DNA from: Phoronis australis | Taxonomy: Eukaryota > Animalia > Phoronida | Length of the DNA stretch: 42,023 nucleotides | Assembly: GCA_002633005.1 (NCBI GenBank) | Contig: NMRA01001187.1 | Coordinates: 1 to 42,023, forward strand | Direction of reading: 5' to 3' | Shown here: positions 12,341-24,061 of the stretch, piece by piece | How the letters are laid out: each line of letters begins with the position of its first letter | How positions within the stretch are numbered: position 1 is the stretch's first letter | The notes under the pieces: generated by a model | What the model saw: the letters and a program-made list of their open reading frames with translations, nothing else | What the model was told of the DNA's origin: nothing | Databases searched by the model: none | Position numbers and translations under genes: made by a program

Positions 12341-13849
12341 AATTAAATTTAACTTGTTAAATGCATTTATCGTCATTATTTTGACACTTGTCTCTTTATT
12401 TTGAGACCAGTCCTTAGGGTTTATTTTGCATTACTCATCTCTATTTATAGCCTCTAGGGCCTACTTTTGTATTCATACGTTTCTCTACACAACTCCTGAT
12501 TGGACGCCCATATTTCCTTTGTTCTGTTCAACGTGGTCTCTCATTCAGCCACCTACCTCGTCATCTACAAGACCTACGTTCGTTCTCTTCATTTTTTCCC
12601 CACCCCCCATCCCGGGTGTCGGTTCCACTTTCTCTTTGCTCGTATACATTTCCTGTTAGGTTTTTTTCAAGTTTTGTTTTCATGTTCTGTACTTTTCCTT
12701 TAAGCCCTTCAGGCAGTTTTTTTGTTTTGTTCCCTCTTGCAGGGCTATTCATTGTACACGCCTGTGGGCGTTTTTTGCATGCCCATCTTGCAGAGTCTTA
12801 GTTAGTTTTATCTATTACGTCATAATAAATGACAATATTCGCAATCCTCCTCTTGTTTTACTCTGCAACATAGCTCGTGGCGTACCCCGGGCAAAATAGA
12901 TTACGATAAAAGTATTTATAACCTACTACGACTTACAGCTGCTTCTGCTTGTAGACCCGTCACTCGTGTCTGTCGTTGGAGACCGACCGGAGTATCTGCA
13001 AATAGTAATAAATCATCAGCGAAAACTGGGTGAAAAATTTTTTCTGTTTCCACATGTACATCAACCGTTGGTTCACATTTCAAATATTCTTCTTAATCAC
13101 TTATGAAATAACTAAACAAGAAGGGTGACAGTATATAACCTTGTGTCTAACACCTTTTTTCACTTGAAAAACATCGGAAGATTCTTTGTACAAACACTTC
13201 AACGTGTTCAGTATTTTAAAGCTGACATTTTCTGTAATCAGTTTTGTCCAAAGATGATTTACTGTTTTACGATCAAAGGCTTTGCTAAAATCTAATAGAA
13301 AATAAAGTTTTCCTTTCTTTTTCGAGAAGTAATACGTTATTGGTGAGAAATCTAATCATACTCCAAATTTGTTTAGAACCTGTGACAGAATTTACCAATT
13401 TGTCACATTGGTTTTCATAGAATGTTTTTTGTACGAGTTTTGACGTTATAGAACAATCCCCCAAATGGTCACAGAACCGGTTTTATAGATCTCCTGAGGC
13501 CTATCTAGGATCTGCGTTCAAGGTAGGGTCCGGTTTCAAGACATCAAATTCGCCTTTTATTACCCGACCTATGAACAAGTACAACAGGACGATAAAATCA
13601 ACTTTTTGTTGTCATTGCAATACATCGACTTTGAGGAATGCATGAGTAATGAAAGATGTAATAGTGCGCGGTGAACTATCGCTATGATATTGACTGAGAA
13701 AAAAATGTCGGGCATGAATTAGTCAAATCCCATAATAACCGACAGAAGACAAAACTTAGCTCGTTTGAATGGACAGTGTGCGCGCCTCCATTTGCGAGTT
13801 GGGATAATTCTCCTCTCGTAAAAAGAGCCAGGCGAGAAATGCGACAATT

Positions 13850-14760
13850 AATTCATTTATTTTATTTATTGCGATATTTACAATGAGAATACCCCCTTCC
13901 GTTTTCACTGCTTTCCATGGGGACCTCAATAAAAACATACAAAGATACTAAGATGGAACGATTGATGAAACAAAATAAATAATAAACAAACAATAAATGA
14001 AAGATACCAAAAGTATAAGACAACATGATTAAATAAAAATAATTACAAAGTAAATAATGAATGTTAGTTAATAAAAGTACAAGACATCATGTACATAGAT
14101 GAATAAAATACATGCGTAGGTTGGTCTGAGGATATTGAATGCATGATATTTGCTACACAGAACACTTCTAATTAAATTGATTTCTGATAATTCTTCTAAA
14201 ACTTATTCAGGATGATGGAGATTTGGCATCGGAGGGGAGAGTATTCCATAAATAAGCCGCGCTGTGAGTAAATAATTTTTTACCAGTTTCATTTCTGGTT
14301 TTCGGCACATTGAAATTGGATGACTGTGAAGCCCTTGTGTTATAGCGCTTATCAGTCATTGTAAATTTAACACTAAAGTATGCTGGTACAAGACGTGTAA
14401 AACATTTATACATACAACATGCTGATAAGAATTAACGTCTCAGTAGGGAGGTTTTCAATATTAATATCTCTAACACCAGCTCCCAGAATAATGCGGGATT
14501 ACCTGGATAATTTTCATATCCGTGTTTGGTGCAGCGCCCTTCACAGGGAGGCAGTCATCTAGGTGAGGTTGAATGATTACGTTGAAAGGGGTTTTCAATG
14601 TCACTCTGATCACAAATTTACTGATGCGTTTCAATACGCCAATTTCCGAGATATAATCAACGTGATGAGAGAACTTAAGATTTCGATCATATATCAGTCC
14701 CAGATACTTAAAGGAACTTCTGTTCTCAATTGGAGTTCCAGCCATACTCAGTAACAGAGG
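13850..14760 (-). mobile_element. 5'-truncated L2/Crack (CR1-group) LINE with 3' UTR and (AAAT)-like tail
   Basis: Reads FKYLGLIYDRNLKFSHHVDYI...IGVLKRI...IQPHLD, then MYKC...PAYF...RYNTRAS...GKKLF..SAAYLWNTLP. The minus-strand 3' end is AATAAATAAAATAAATGAA near 13850-13870. Confidence 0.85.
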
Positions 14761-15772
14761 TTGGTTTCTAGGTCTTTGGGACTTGCCAAATTGAGATTTC
14801 TCTGGATTTCAGAGGTGGTGCTGCCAGCGGACAGTATTGTAAAGTTTTTCCTATCATTTCTGAATCTATGGTCACACGTATGCCCCCCCAGATAAATTGT
14901 CTACCTGCTTCTCAAAACGTATGCTGAAGGCGGTCAGCCGAGTTCGTCGATTATGCACAAAAATGGGCGTTAACTTAGTCTCATGCCATGGGAATACTTA
15001 TATTTTCCTGCACCAGTCATTCTCAACACACACATTTACCATTTAAAATAGGAACACACCAAACCCCGTATCTTCAAATTTACCCTCGGTTGTGGACGAA
15101 GTTTCTTGCGAGAAAAGTGAGATCGTGCAAAACAACGCAAAATACCGCGAATGAAATGCAAGTGTTTCATTCGCGAGTATGTTCTATATCTTATCAGCAT
15201 GAAAGTGGCACTCACTAGTTTTTTTTAGCCACGGTTGAACTTACCTGCCCTAACTTCATTAAAAATTGGCGCATGCAGGGTTGGCTGGGCATTTTAAGTT
15301 TTGTGCTCGATGTAAAGGCTACGAAAAGCATTTGTTCGATTTTTAGTCTGTTCTGAGTGAAAGCTTGGCTGTTGTTGACCACTTAAACCACATTTTGCTC
15401 ACCTGAGGCTTTTCTTAAATCTTTACTTCTTACAGGTGGGAAGTTGAAATTTAGCTGGAAGTTCAGGTATCTTCCAGACACTTTGTATTTGTAAAAAAGC
15501 TGATTTGTCGACCTCCACTTTTCACCTGGTTTCTGTAAACTGGAGAGTTTTGACACTGTTCGCAGTAATCGCATGCAAATGGCGAGTTTGCGGTGAAAAC
15601 TATCGATTTGGAGTATGTTTGTTCGGTTTTAAGTAGCCGACCGCATTTCCGGTAGTCGTAAAAAGATGAAACAATGACTTTAGAATCAGTTTCAGTAGAC
15701 TTTGTGCAAGATTTTTGAGGTTTGTGGCCCAAATACTGCTCGTATTTTCAGACTCTGTAGTTTGAATGTTAA

Positions 15773-17365
15773 AGGCGAAAGCAACCTTTTTTCATGTCAC
15801 TTTTAGCAAAAATAAGGTTCGTTGACTATCCCAGACACATTTTTCACTTAATTACAGCTTTTCGTAATTTGATTAATTTCTCGTCCTCTACTCCGGAAGT
15901 GACGTTTTGGGAGGCAAGAGTTTCGCGCCAATTTCTTTTCAATATAGTCTGACTGTGAGAGCTGTGGAGTCAGTCATTGTTCTACCTCGGTTGTGATAAG
16001 TTCGGTCGTCGTTTGCTTTTGTTTACAAGTCAGTCAACATGCCACGCTGTTGCTGCGTACTCATTATCGTCTCACACGCGCTTTGGGTACCTTGCGTCGC
16101 TTTCCGAAGGATGATACACTTCGCCGTACTTGGCTAGCTCGTTCATGTGAACAACGCAGCGCTACCCGTCCACGCAACGTACAAAGCAGTGGAGGATTAC
16201 CGAGTGTGTGGCAAGCATTTTCTGCCGTCAGATTATGACAGATGTGTACGCTGAATTGATGAAGGTCCCTGCGAAACAACGCCTGAAGAAGGGTACCATA
16301 CCGTCGCTGTTGATTACCGGCAGTGCCCCGTCACCAACCCCAAGAAGTGCGTTTTTGAAGCGAGAAGCCTCGCGAGCTGTGGCCACTATATGCAGTTACT
16401 GGAAGCACTTCATCTACTGTCACCCGTGCCTCCGAACGTACCCCATGGCGTGCAATTCCGGGATCTAGCAGTGATTTGCCCTGTGCTGTTGTCTCTAGCC
16501 CAGAGCCTGTAAGCAGCCCTGCAGCGATGTTGAGTAGTGGGAGTGAATACAGGCCCATTTCGACACCCAGTGAAGAGGACAGTTCGTCATCCAACGAACA
16601 GATCGGTGAGTCTAAGTTTGATAAGTTTGTGACGGGACGTTCGTAACTTTACGCTTATTGTTATTCTTATTTAGTTGCAAATGTTCAGTTATTCTTATGC
16701 TAATGTCTTTGTTGCGTCTCAGTGCGCCTTTGTTACGTGGGCATGTGGGCGCGACTGTATGTGTCGGGCACTTCGCTAGCGACAGGCTTAGGAAAAGGGT
16801 GTTTTCCTTCTTTTGCTTTCATGGAAAGTTGATCGTTATCATGTGCAAATTGAACTGAAACGAATGCCTGATGAGAGAAAATACATATTTTGAGGTTCAG
16901 TGGAGACTTGCTCTGTTACAAGTTTATTGTGGACTTGTATTGGAGCTATTTGGAAGGTGCCAGGTGTTTTGCGAGAGAGTCACACGGCGGGATGTAAGCA
17001 GTTTGGGTGCTCAGATCACCCTTCAGTGGGAGTGTGTCGCGGGAAAGTTTTTCCTCTGTACGTGAGACGATAATGAGTACACCCCAGTACGCAGCAACAG
17101 CGTGGCGTGTTGACTGACTCGTAAGCAAAAGCAAACGACTTATCACAACCGAGGTAAAACAATGACTGACTTGACTGCTCTCACAGTCAGACTATATGAA
17201 AAAAAATTGGCGCGAAATTCTTGCCTCCCAAAACGTCACTTCCGGAGTAGACGACCAGTAATTAATTAAATTACGAAAAGCAGTAAATAAGTGAAAAATA
17301 TGTCTGGAATAATCAAGGAACATTATTTTTGCTAAAAATTACATGAAAAAAGGTTGCCTTCGCCT
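15773..17365 (+). mobile_element. Non-autonomous Kolobok-type DNA transposon (family A) with ~300-bp TIRs
   Basis: TTAA (15769-15772)|AGGCGAAAGCAACC ... GGTTGCCTTCGCCT|TTAA (17366-17369). Arms 15773-16075 and 17062-17365 are inverted copies. A TTAA TSD with RR..YY termini and a THAP domain is the Kolobok signature. Confidence 0.9.
16039..16320 (+). pseudogene. Frameshifted THAP (C2CH zinc finger) domain of the Kolobok transposase
   Basis: Reads MPRCCCV / THYRLTRALGTLRRFPKDDTLRRTWL / DYRVCGKHFLPSDY / RLKKGTIPSL: the FP, W, CxxHF and AVPT-like box motifs in order. Confidence 0.85.
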
Positions 17366-17369
17366 TTAA

Positions 17370-18708
17370 AGGAGAATGTCACCCTATATCCACATTGCCT
17401 CTTATACGGTCGACCTCAACTTGCCGAGAGCTGTCGCGTTAACCTGTGAGGAGAGTGAGAAACGACGCAGCGACGTCAGTGTTTCGTCTGCAGAGTCAAT
17501 ACCGCTATATTGCCGTGCATCGTTCCCGCTTGTCCGAACTATGAAGCTGCGAAGAAAGCGGGTATATCGTTTTTTTCGACTTCTTCGAGAGCCCAAAATG
17601 CTTATAAAGTGGCTCGCGGTAGTGAAGAATGAAAGGTACGCTGTTAATAGCAAGTATGAGGCCGTGGAACATCTGCGTGTCTGTGGCCAGCATTTCGTCG
17701 ACAGCGATTTCTCTCTGACGAATTCCGGCTTACCATTGCCTGTGCATGTTCACGGCGCCTCTCTAGTATTTCTTGATCGGTGTATTCCGGTTTGAACTGA
17801 TAGCCTGTGAAACCTAACCCGTGAAGTCTTTGTCGGATGAGAGCTCTTGACCAAGTCAGGATTGGCGCCGGGCGAGTTGCCATGTAGACATTTATTATTC
17901 TGCGTTCTGTTTCAAAATGAATTATTCTCATCCTAACCAACGCTTATATAAAACTGAAACAAAGTCTGTCTCATTAGATACAATTTGTAATGACTTTGCA
18001 GTATTCGTGAGTGCAAATGTTGAGAAGCCAGCAATGAATAAACCACTGCGTTACCGGCTTTTGATGCCGGCAATAAAGGCAATTGACGGGGCACCGAGGC
18101 CGTGTGAGCGCATGCTAATTCAGTGTTTGCTGATAGAAAGCTGTTGTGTTGTTACTGTACAACCTTTGCCCTGACGGTCTGTGAAATTGTACCCGACTTC
18201 GCGGCCCCCGACAAGTATGTAGATATCAGTTTCGTTGCTAATTCACATAAATAATTACGTGCACATTATTTCTTTGGCTCACTATGTTCGTGTCTGGAGG
18301 TTTAGTTTCTAACTCAAGCTGGTTTATGTTCGTACCAGTCCCGGCGTCCGCGACGGGCCTGATCGGGTTCCTAGCCACTGGCCGGGATAACAAGCGTTTT
18401 TTGTGTTTAGAACTCAAAAATTACAAGTCTACGTTTTCATGAGAACTATGTGTATTTTAAGGGTTTTTCATCGAAGTTTGATGATTTATGATGTTGAACG
18501 GTGAATTCAAGCGTAAGCTGACACCACGGTAACCCGTGTCGTGAACTGCTGAACAGACTGCATGTGAAACCAATGACGTCATTATATAATTTCAATACCT
18601 CCGTCTGCCGTCAGGTGTCAGGTAACGCAACCGAACGTGCCGTTATAGGGTAGAGCTACCCTATGTAAATTGATGCAAAATAGGTTGCTTTTTGCGTGGC
18701 ATTCTCCT
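17370..18708 (+). mobile_element. Non-autonomous Kolobok-type element (family B), with both ends present and a THAP remnant at ~17507-17720
   Basis: TTAA|AGGAGAATGTCAC ... GTGGCATTCTCCT|TTAA (18709-18712), a 13-bp TIR with 1 mismatch. Reads CIVPACPNYEAAKKAGISFF / RLLREPKMLIKWLAVVKNE...LRVCGQHFVDSDF. Confidence 0.85.
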
Positions 18709-19609
18709 TTAAACTATTAACTGATCTACCTAAACCACCAAGGTCACAGTCTGTGCCACCAAGATCCCATGTACACCTAAGCATATTTAGTGAGTCACAC
18801 CGGCCACCGCAGTCTTCTGTCTGTTGACTGCACAAAGCACATGATATGATTGATGGCTCATTGATATCCAATAGATAAAGAATGACATTGTCAGTCCGCG
18901 GTCGTATGTTTTTATTGCCAGTATAAATGAGATACATGGTGAAAAGTCGTTAACACGATAACTCCCCCTTTGTGCAGACAACACAATGGCATGTGACTGA
19001 TAAATTAAGGTGCAGACTAAACACTAGCGCCATTTAATGATTCAAATGTTGAAATATGTCTGAAGCAGGAAGACACCACTCCTTAACAGACATGGACAAT
19101 GGAACTCGTTCAGTCACACGCCTTTTTAGCAGCCACTGCTCCTTCATACCTCCTTGCATTCGCCTACAAGTAATTCTCGAGTAACTTTCAGAATTAATTC
19201 CATTTTTTCTCACGGTCACAAGATTAACTAATCCTACGAATTAGAGCCACATAGTTGACAGATAACCCCTCGATTTAATGGCGCGTGAGGAAGACCGCTT
19301 CAGACACTTCTGAAAACACGATTAAGGTGTGCGTCTCTATAAAAAAGTTTGTCTCTGATGTTGTACTGACATCTCAATAAATTGGCACTATCAACCTTCA
19401 GCAACCCGGTAGCAAAACTAACAGAAATAGTAAAATTAACCATCGACGAAAATTGCGGCATGATGGCACCCTCGTCTATAGCAGAATATGATAAATGAAA
19501 TAGTGCAACCAGTTAAAACTTTTTCGGCAAATTTTGAAATACACTGGAAAAGGTATTTGTGGTGGATCTCGTCTAATGCCAGTAAAATAGGTCATTAACA
19601 TGGTCTGTA

Positions 19610-19791
19610 CATGCGAGGGGTTTGGGCTCGAAAAAGTAGAAAACGGGACAAAAGTCCACTAAAAAGTCGGGAACTTCCAAAATTCGGCGAATGCACAATT
19701 CATAGCTCTGAACGTTCCCTGCTAATCTTAGTAAAAGATCCACATTTTCAAAAATTCGAGCCCCCCATTTATTAAGCTGGGTGCGCGCATG
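19610..19791. mobile_element. MITE with CATGCG...CGCATG termini and a 5-bp TSD (CTGTA), internally deleted copy
   Basis: CTGTA at 19605-19609 and 19792-19796; the body is shared with 21887-22161. Confidence 0.75.
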
Positions 19792-20329
19792 CTGTACATG
19801 GTCATGGGTATGGTAGCTCTCTAGAGCACGTGGCATTGAGCCATAACCATTGGCGTTTTTCCTCCAAATCAAAGTCATTCAGAAATGACTGCGTTGTGCT
19901 CGAAAGACTCGGACACTTAGGAAATCTACACATAGAGATCGATATATTTGTTGTTCATCGCACAAACTGTGATCCTGGGGAACGAAAATGGCGAAAACGA
20001 TTTTGCATTTAACACTCAACAGAAATATGAGGCATTGAGACCATACAAACTATTTCGACATGGCTGCCTCCATAAGTGATATTGGGCTGAATGCTTCATA
20101 CAATTTCAAACAGTAAGTTCACGTGATCAGATGCATTATTTGGTGCAAGTAACATGGGCAGAAACCAATAATTTAGTATACCGATTCTGCCACCCTTTGA
20201 TTACTTAGCAACACTATTTTCAACTCAATAGTGCTTTTCAACTACAGGAAAGGACAGTTCTTGTTTTCTTAGCAATACGATACCGATATCTCTCTGCACT
20301 ATTGTTTGTTCGTCTTGGACGGCTGCCAC

Positions 20330-20690
20330 TCCCCGAAAGAATTTGGTATTATTTTAAATTGGTTCAGGTGCACAGGTGCCTTCATAGCATGGCCCCGAAT
20401 TACTTGAGTTGCAAATTTTCTCTTACCTCTGAGATAAATATTCGTAGTATCCCCAAGTTGTCCCGTCCTCGGAATGTGTACTGCACAACCAGTTTCGGGT
20501 ATTCTGGCACCGTGCCGTGAAACGCAGTACCAGGACACATTAAGACCACCAACAACCTTCATGCGAAGTAACCGTGCTCAATTTTGCTCTACAGTTCTTT
20601 GCATTTATTTACACATGAATAATATTAGTGAATATTGGAGGCGTTGGGCGGCGACAGCTACATATCCTTAACATAAATGATAAATAATAA
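20330..20690 (+). mobile_element. L2/Crack LINE 3' fragment
   Basis: Reads QVHRCLHSMAPNYLSCKF...LSRPRNVYCTTSFGYSG, followed by a TAAATGATAAATAATAA tail. Confidence 0.6.
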
Positions 20691-21182
20691 TGCATTAAAC
20701 AGAAGGAGTGATTGGGTTACAATTTCAATTTTAATGTTAATACATTAGATTATTACAAAAGGAAAGGGGAAGGGAAAGGACTGTCTCATACACTCATTTG
20801 CACTCAGGCTCCAATTGAAATAACATAACTTTTAAACAAATAGTTACATGCAAAAATTGTCAGCTACATTACAATAAGATGAAGGAGTGTTTAAAAATAC
20901 CATCACTCATATAATATTTCATTCAGATGCCTTCTGAGCTTTTAGGGGCCAGCTGATACCGTTTTCGGTTGAATGTTGATACAAACACGCCTTTGCCTTC
21001 GTCATAATTCAAGTGAATCACGGATAATATTAAAAAAAATTGAAACAATTATTCTCAGATGCTACGTTTTTAAGAAAAGGAAATAGAAAATGTCAGGGCT
21101 AGAGGGAATATGAAGCCAGGGGAACATGGGGACGGGGGAACACAGGGACGGGGGAACATGGGGACGGGGGAACATGGAGACG

Positions 21183-21535
21183 NNNNNNNNNNNNNNNNNN
21201 NNNNNNNNNNNNNNNNNNNNNNNNNNNNNNNNNNNNNNNNNNNNNNNNNNNNNNNNNNNNNNNNNNNNNNNNNNNNNNNNNNNNNNNNNNNNNNNNNNNN
21301 NNNNNNNNNNNNNNNNNNNNNNNNNNNNNNNNNNNNNNNNNNNNNNNNNNNNNNNNNNNNNNNNNNNNNNNNNNNNNNNNNNNNNNNNNNNNNNNNNNNN
21401 NNNNNNNNNNNNNNNNNNNNNNNNNNNNNNNNNNNNNNNNNNNNNNNNNNNNNNNNNNNNNNNNNNNNNNNNNNNNNNNNNNNNNNNNNNNNNNNNNNNN
21501 NNNNNNNNNNNNNNNNNNNNNNNNNNNNNNNNNNN
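21183..21535. other. Assembly gap (353 N)
   Basis: A run of N inside the minisatellite; ORF-track entries spanning it are artefacts. Confidence 0.99.
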
Positions 21536-21886
21536 GAACATGGAGACGGGGAAACATGGGAACGGGGGAGCATGGGGACGGGCAGAGAAAACATAAGGTT
21601 AGCGGAGTATCCGGACGGGTAGAGAGAACATGAGGCCAAGGGAAAATAGGGACGCATGCGGGTAGAGGGAACATGGGGCTATGGGAGCATAGGGACGGGT
21701 GGGCCAGGGGAACATAGGGATGGGTAGAGGGAACATGAGGCCAGCGGAACATGAGGACGGGTAGAGGGAACATGAGACCAGGGGAATATCGGGTCGGTTA
21801 GAGGGAACATGAGGTCAGGGGTACATAAGGACGCGGGTAGAGGGAACACCAGGTCAGCGGAACGTGGGGGCTGGTAGAGAGAGCAT

Positions 21887-22161
21887 CATGCACGCACCCA
21901 GGGGGGGGGGCGGGCTCGGGGAGCTTGAACGAGCCCCTCCCCCCCAATTGGTGAGGTAGACAAAAAGGTCCGCCTCAGAGATACAAAATGTCCGACAAAA
22001 CGAGATGAAAAGTCCACTAAAAAGGCGCAAACGCACAATTCACAGCTCTGGATGTGGTACGTGGTACCCCGTTTTTTTAGTCCTTCGGCTTTTGTGTTGG
22101 TAAAAGGTACACATCGACGGAAAATTCGAGCCCCCCATATTAAAGGTTGGGTGCGCGCATG
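21887..22161. mobile_element. MITE with CATGCRCGCACCCA TIRs and a probable 5-bp TSD (AGCAT/AACAT)
   Basis: CATGCACGCACCCA ... TGGGTGCGCGCATG; the flanks duplicate the AACAT of a minisatellite unit with one mismatch. Confidence 0.8.
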
Positions 22162-22439
22162 AACATGAGGCCAAGGAACATCGGGACGGGTAGAAGGAAC
22201 ACGACATGCAGGTCAGACTCTTAGGCAGAGCCTGACAGATGTTGAACTACTCACGTGTAGTTGTCTATTGCTATGCGCATGCAAGCATACGTTTAACGAT
22301 TGTTTCATTAAGTACGTACCAGTTACATCTCTGAAAGATTTGCAAATTTTCTAATAGCATCGTCATTTTGGTAACACATTTCTAATTACATCTTTTGCCA
22401 TGTGAAAACATTTCAACACCAATAAATCAAACAGGTTGT

Positions 22440-22560
22440 CATATATAAAGCACAGCTCGTGAAAGTGCATATCAGCCAATGAAAATTCGTTATATCTAGG
22501 TAAACACTAGGTGTGGTTACCACGTCATCAGGGCTGAAGAGTGAGTGAAGGGCGGCTGAG
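22440..22560 (+). promoter_or_regulatory. Candidate proximal promoter motifs of the Ly6 gene
   Basis: TATATAAAG (22442), CCAAT (22476-22480), CCACGTCA (CRE/UPRE-like, 22520-22527) and GGGCGG (22550) lie within 240 bp of the ATG. These are short motifs and the TSS is unknown. Confidence 0.35.
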
Positions 22561-22675
22561 TCTATACATTCACTCTTGACCTGGAAGTCGTTCGACGAAC
22601 AGCCTTTCACATCAACAGAGCACTAGGGCGTTTTATTTTTCACTTTTCACAGAACTGTCGAGTTTGGAAATTAAA

Positions 22676-22727
22676 ATGAAGGTCTATCTTCTGGTCGTGG
22701 TATTTTCACTGGTGTCAATCTCTTGCA
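22676..22727 (+). CDS. Ly6/uPAR three-finger (quiver/sleepless-like) protein, exon 1 (signal peptide)
   Basis: AAAATG context; MKVYLLVVVFSLVSISC is a hydrophobic signal peptide; it ends in a phase-1 GTAAGT donor and splices in frame to exon 2. Confidence 0.85.
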
Positions 22728-23390
22728 GTAAGTGAATTATTGTTTGAACTATTTGTAGCTTCTAATTAATGTAGACTGAAAGTTTAAGCGTGCATTTCTA
22801 TCGCGTAACGAAGCCGTGAAATCAAAAATATTTTTACACTATCCTACTCACGGAATTGGCTGACTATCCCAAACAATATCAATCACAACTTTAAACAGAG
22901 TGACGCACTATCTATTTCATACCTGTGAAGAATTTTTCGAGTGCATACAGAAAATATCAACGTGGAAAAGGTCACTTTTGGTAACATGATTATTGGGTGC
23001 AGGGAAGAAACTGTGTTTAAAGTTGTGAAATCAGGAACGGCAGGCTCGAAAAAGGCGTTTTTGGATCATCGTTACTATTATTGATAGATAGGATTGACCT
23101 TTTGAATATCCTCTTTAATTTTTGTTTTTAATTTTGAAATTAATCACATTTTACTGCTTTAGGGCCAGCGCAAATGGAACGCTGTGAGCTGAGCTGTGGT
23201 TCAAATAAACTGCACGCCATTATTACCCGCACACACCGTGACTAAATGTTCACTGATCCGTGAATATTCGTTCACACTAAGCAGCCTGATTGTAGCACAC
23301 ATGACATGGTTATCCTATGAGTCAGTGGGTTGCCGGGTGATGGAATAGTTAATTTTCATTGGCTACCAACTGTAATCGGCTAGACAATTA

Positions 23391-23635
23391 TGGCCGGCGC
23401 AGACGGATAGCTACAAGGCGAGCTGTCTGCCTCAAATGAACACTAGCTGAGCTAACAGATGGAGGAAATTCTATGCGCATGCTCATAGACATGTAAGCTG
23501 CCTGTAAATAACAATTAACAGACACACTAATGCGAGAACAACTGCATGAGACAGTTCATTCAATTGTTGGAGCTCATTTGCATTCGAGACGCTTAGTTTC
23601 GTCTGCGGCTTATAGCTCTCCGTCTGCGTTGGCCC
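23391..23635. mobile_element. PIF/Harbinger (Tourist-like) MITE in Ly6 intron 1
   Basis: TTA|TGGCCGGCGCAGACGGATAGCTA ... TAGCTCTCCGTCTGCGTTGGCCC|TTA, giving a TTA TSD. Confidence 0.8.
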
Positions 23636-24019
23636 TTATAGTTTACATTGACAAATTGGAATATATGCTCGTACCCGTCGAACACTTAAACTTCTGGTAG
23701 ACATTTTTTTTTCTTCCACTGTGTAAACTGTTACAAAAGAAAGCTATGAAAAAAGGTTTAAAGCCATGCATAAATTAGCCAAACGTAATTATCAAATAAA
23801 ACACCAAGGTGCAGAATCTAATCTCCGAGCTCAGACGTGATTGGGGTACAAATCTTTAATTTTGCTTCAACAAAACTCACTGAATATGACCCGTATTTGA
23901 CGAGCGAATATTTTTTAATTAACAACATTGAAATCTGACCTGAATTTGATGAGCATAGTTTATGATACTAACATTTAATGACTTCCTAAAACTGCTCTAA
24001 GGTGGTGGCGTGTTATTGT

Positions 24020-24061
24020 CACGACGTTTCGGTCGGTATATTCTCCGGCCATCGTCAGGTG
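24020..24061 (-). ncRNA. Minimal type I hammerhead ribozyme motif (Penelope-like element type)
   Basis: Minus strand: CAC-CUGACGA-U-GGCCGG-AGAAUAUA-CCGACC-GAAAC-GUC-GUG. It has the conserved core CUGANGA/GAAA, a helix II with 5 of 6 pairs, a GUC cleavage triplet and a CAC/GUG helix I. Confidence 0.75.

Larger units (their letters stand above)
21100..22200. repeat. G-rich minisatellite (16-bp AACATGGGGACGGGGG unit, degenerating to GGGTAGAGGGAACATGAGG variants)
   Basis: Units are visible on both sides of the N gap, and the array is interrupted by a MITE at 21887-22161. Confidence 0.9.

Noticed and set aside
21062-21773. Long ORFs (156-224 aa) in the ORF track
   Set aside because: They are artefacts of the N gap and the G-rich minisatellite.
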